From the NCBI GenBank assembly GCA_937919725.1, contig CALFOS010000120.1, positions 1 to 47,573 of the forward strand: a stretch of DNA of 47,573 bases, given 5' to 3'. Below are positions 45,995 through 47,573 of this stretch, in pieces; within the stretch, counting starts at the first letter, position 1, and the number at the start of each line of letters is the position of its first letter. Source of the DNA: an uncultured Fluviicola sp. (GTDB lineage Bacteria > Bacteroidota > Bacteroidia > Flavobacteriales_D > Crocinitomicaceae). The translations under genes were made by a program, and so were the position numbers. The notes beneath the pieces are model-generated. The model did not search any database. It was not told the origin of the DNA and saw only the letters and a program-made list of their open reading frames with translations.

Positions 45995-47464
45995 CTATCT
46001 AATCACGATCGATTTCGAGAACTGCGTATCGTTCATTAATTGGAACGTCACAAAGTAAGTCCCCGGAGAACCATTCACGCCAAAATCAAGGTTGAGTTCA
46101 TCGTTGATCCATGTATAACTCGTTTGGACCTTCCTCCCTTGAATATCCAACACTTCGACTTCTTTCACGAATTTTTGTTCTACTCCACGAAGCACAGCCA
46201 TTCGATTCGTTGGATTCGGAAAAATCTCCACAGTCGCGCCATTCAGTTCATTGATTCCTGTTACATCTGCAATTGTTCCTTTTCGGTAAATGACATCCCC
46301 TACTGCGAGGTCTTGATAAATCACGTGCACGAACCCATTCTTATAAATAACGTCTGGTTTTCCCTGAAATCCAGCAGGTTCTGCATTTACGATTGATTTG
46401 TATGCCGCAAGCGTTTGTGCATTCCCATCTGTTGTTACCGAACATAAAATTTCCGAATTGCCCGACTCCTTTTCCTCCCAAATCACCACTAGCGTATCTC
46501 CACTTCCAGAAATTCGAGGGTAATTTTGAGTGTCTCCCAACGAAGCTGTCGGTTCGTTCATCATCTGAACACTTGCGAGATTCAGACCGCCAGCCAAACC
46601 CGCTGTGCTTACGTACACGCGATAAGCTCCTTCACCCCTTGATGCCGCAACAACATAAGCAGAATCACCAATGATAACGCCATGTGGCCCAGTAGATGGA
46701 CATGAATTGATCATCCAATTGAGATTGTCCAAGTTTTCAGTTGAATTGAAAGATACTCCACCATCTGTTGAGAGTGATCCCCATGTATCGCGGACATTCG
46801 ACTCATTGTTTCGGAAGAGCGCGAGTTGGTATTGTCCTTTCACGAGTAGTTCTGGAGGACAGCAATCACAGGCAAAACCTGGTGTAGACGAAGTTACTAC
46901 TTGCTGAGGAAGATAGCTTGCTCCTCCATTTGCGGAGCTCGCGATTGCGATGCGTTCATTTCCTCCTCCATTGTCCAAAATCATATAGGTTACGTGAGGA
47001 TTCCCAAATTCGTCCATGTCGAGGGCTGGCATCCATGCTTCGCCTTGATCAAAGTTATCTACGCGAATGGTATCGCTAAATGTTAATCCGCCATCTGTGG
47101 ATCGAACGGCGTAAATATTTCCAGTGTTAATCGGCTGCGCTTTGAACACTACCACAACATTATTTCCATTGCTCGCAATGTCTGGACCAGTCCAATTCGC
47201 GAGGTATGTTTGCATGCCATTTGGCACTACTCCAACAGGCGCATTGAACCCAGACCCATTTCCCTTGACGATGAAAACTTCACCATTTCCGCCTTTCCCC
47301 AACATCACTATTGGCAAATCATTCACCAAACTTAGTCGCGGTCGAATATTGCCAAAGGTATCACCGTTAGCAACAACCATTTCAGGTTCCCAAATTATTC
47401 CTTGTTGGGCGAAAGTGCTCAATGAAGCAGTCGCAAGTATACATGCGTAGAAGAATTTTATCAT
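45995..47464 (-). CDS. BNR/Asp-box (sialidase-like beta-propeller) protein with a T9SS type A C-terminal sorting domain
   Basis: 489 aa with a signal peptide. Asp-box repeats are RSTDGGLTFS, SSANGGASY and LSTDGGVSFNS. The C-terminus is IFPNPTNRMAVL...GTYFVTFQ...SKSIVIR (type A CTD pattern). Confidence 0.7.
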   Translation of the reverse strand: MIKFFYACILATASLSTFAQQGIIWEPEMVVANGDTFGNIRPRLSLVNDLPIVMLGKGGNGEVFIVKGNGSGFNAPVGVVPNGMQTYLANWTGPDIASNGNNVVVVFKAQPINTGNIYAVRSTDGGLTFSDTIRVDNFDQGEAWMPALDMDEFGNPHVTYMILDNGGGNERIAIASSANGGASYLPQQVVTSSTPGFACDCCPPELLVKGQYQLALFRNNESNVRDTWGSLSTDGGVSFNSTENLDNLNWMINSCPSTGPHGVIIGDSAYVVAASRGEGAYRVYVSTAGLAGGLNLASVQMMNEPTASLGDTQNYPRISGSGDTLVVIWEEKESGNSEILCSVTTDGNAQTLAAYKSIVNAEPAGFQGKPDVIYKNGFVHVIYQDLAVGDVIYRKGTIADVTGINELNGATVEIFPNPTNRMAVLRGVEQKFVKEVEVLDIQGRKVQTSYTWINDELNLDFGVNGSPGTYFVTFQLMNDTQFSKSIVIR

Positions 47465-47573
47465 AACTATAAATGTATAAAATTTTCATCAATACTTTTA
47501 AATGAAAACGAAATAGCAGGCTGAATTCAACTCACTAATGCAACTTCTGAGTTAAACAATAATTTTTCCATTA

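Overview
This window looks like ordinary chromosome from a Bacteroidota (Flavobacteriia-like) genome. The supporting signs are T9SS type A and type B C-terminal sorting domains, CarboxypepD_reg/DUF5686-type outer-membrane proteins, TAnnTTTG -7 promoter boxes, and fusA running straight into rpsJ with no tuf between them. Positions 1-11.7 kb on the minus strand are one continuous str-S10-spc ribosomal super-operon (rpsL-rpsG-fusA-rpsJ-rplCDWB-rpsS-rplV-rpsC-rplP-rpmC-rpsQ-rplNXE-rpsNH-rplFR-rpsE). rpsE is cut off at the left edge of the window. The rest is mostly housekeeping and envelope genes: a secreted redoxin, a polytopic GT-C-like membrane protein, a hotdog thioesterase, pdhB, etfBA, a DUF151/UVR nuclease, a NupC transporter, an Omp85-family protein, lptB, a DUF5686 outer-membrane protein, tatC, recQ, an mlaEF-containing cluster, a SprT-like protein, manC, fabD and three T9SS cargo proteins. 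I saw no tRNA or rRNA genes, CRISPR arrays, transposases, integrases, or recognisable defence, toxin-antitoxin or restriction genes. I cannot point to a clear-cut novel system. The best candidate is a tightly coupled eight-gene minus-strand cluster at 34254-39999: mlaE, mlaF, a LuxE-like acyl-adenylating enzyme, a half-size TauE/TSUP protein, an M20 amidohydrolase, two DUF4230-like proteins and a lipoprotein. Its combination suggests an uncharacterised acyl-lipid or envelope function. Smaller oddities are listed as findings:
- a heptamer-built palindrome inside the spc operon
- a relic 3' gene end flanking the thioesterase
- an unlisted 49-aa lipoprotein gene with its own terminator
- a barrel-less Plug protein
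- an octamer tandem repeat after nupC
- an out-of-frame ATG next to a T7 tract at a lipoprotein start
All product calls come from reading the translated ORFs and recognising motifs. No database search was run.
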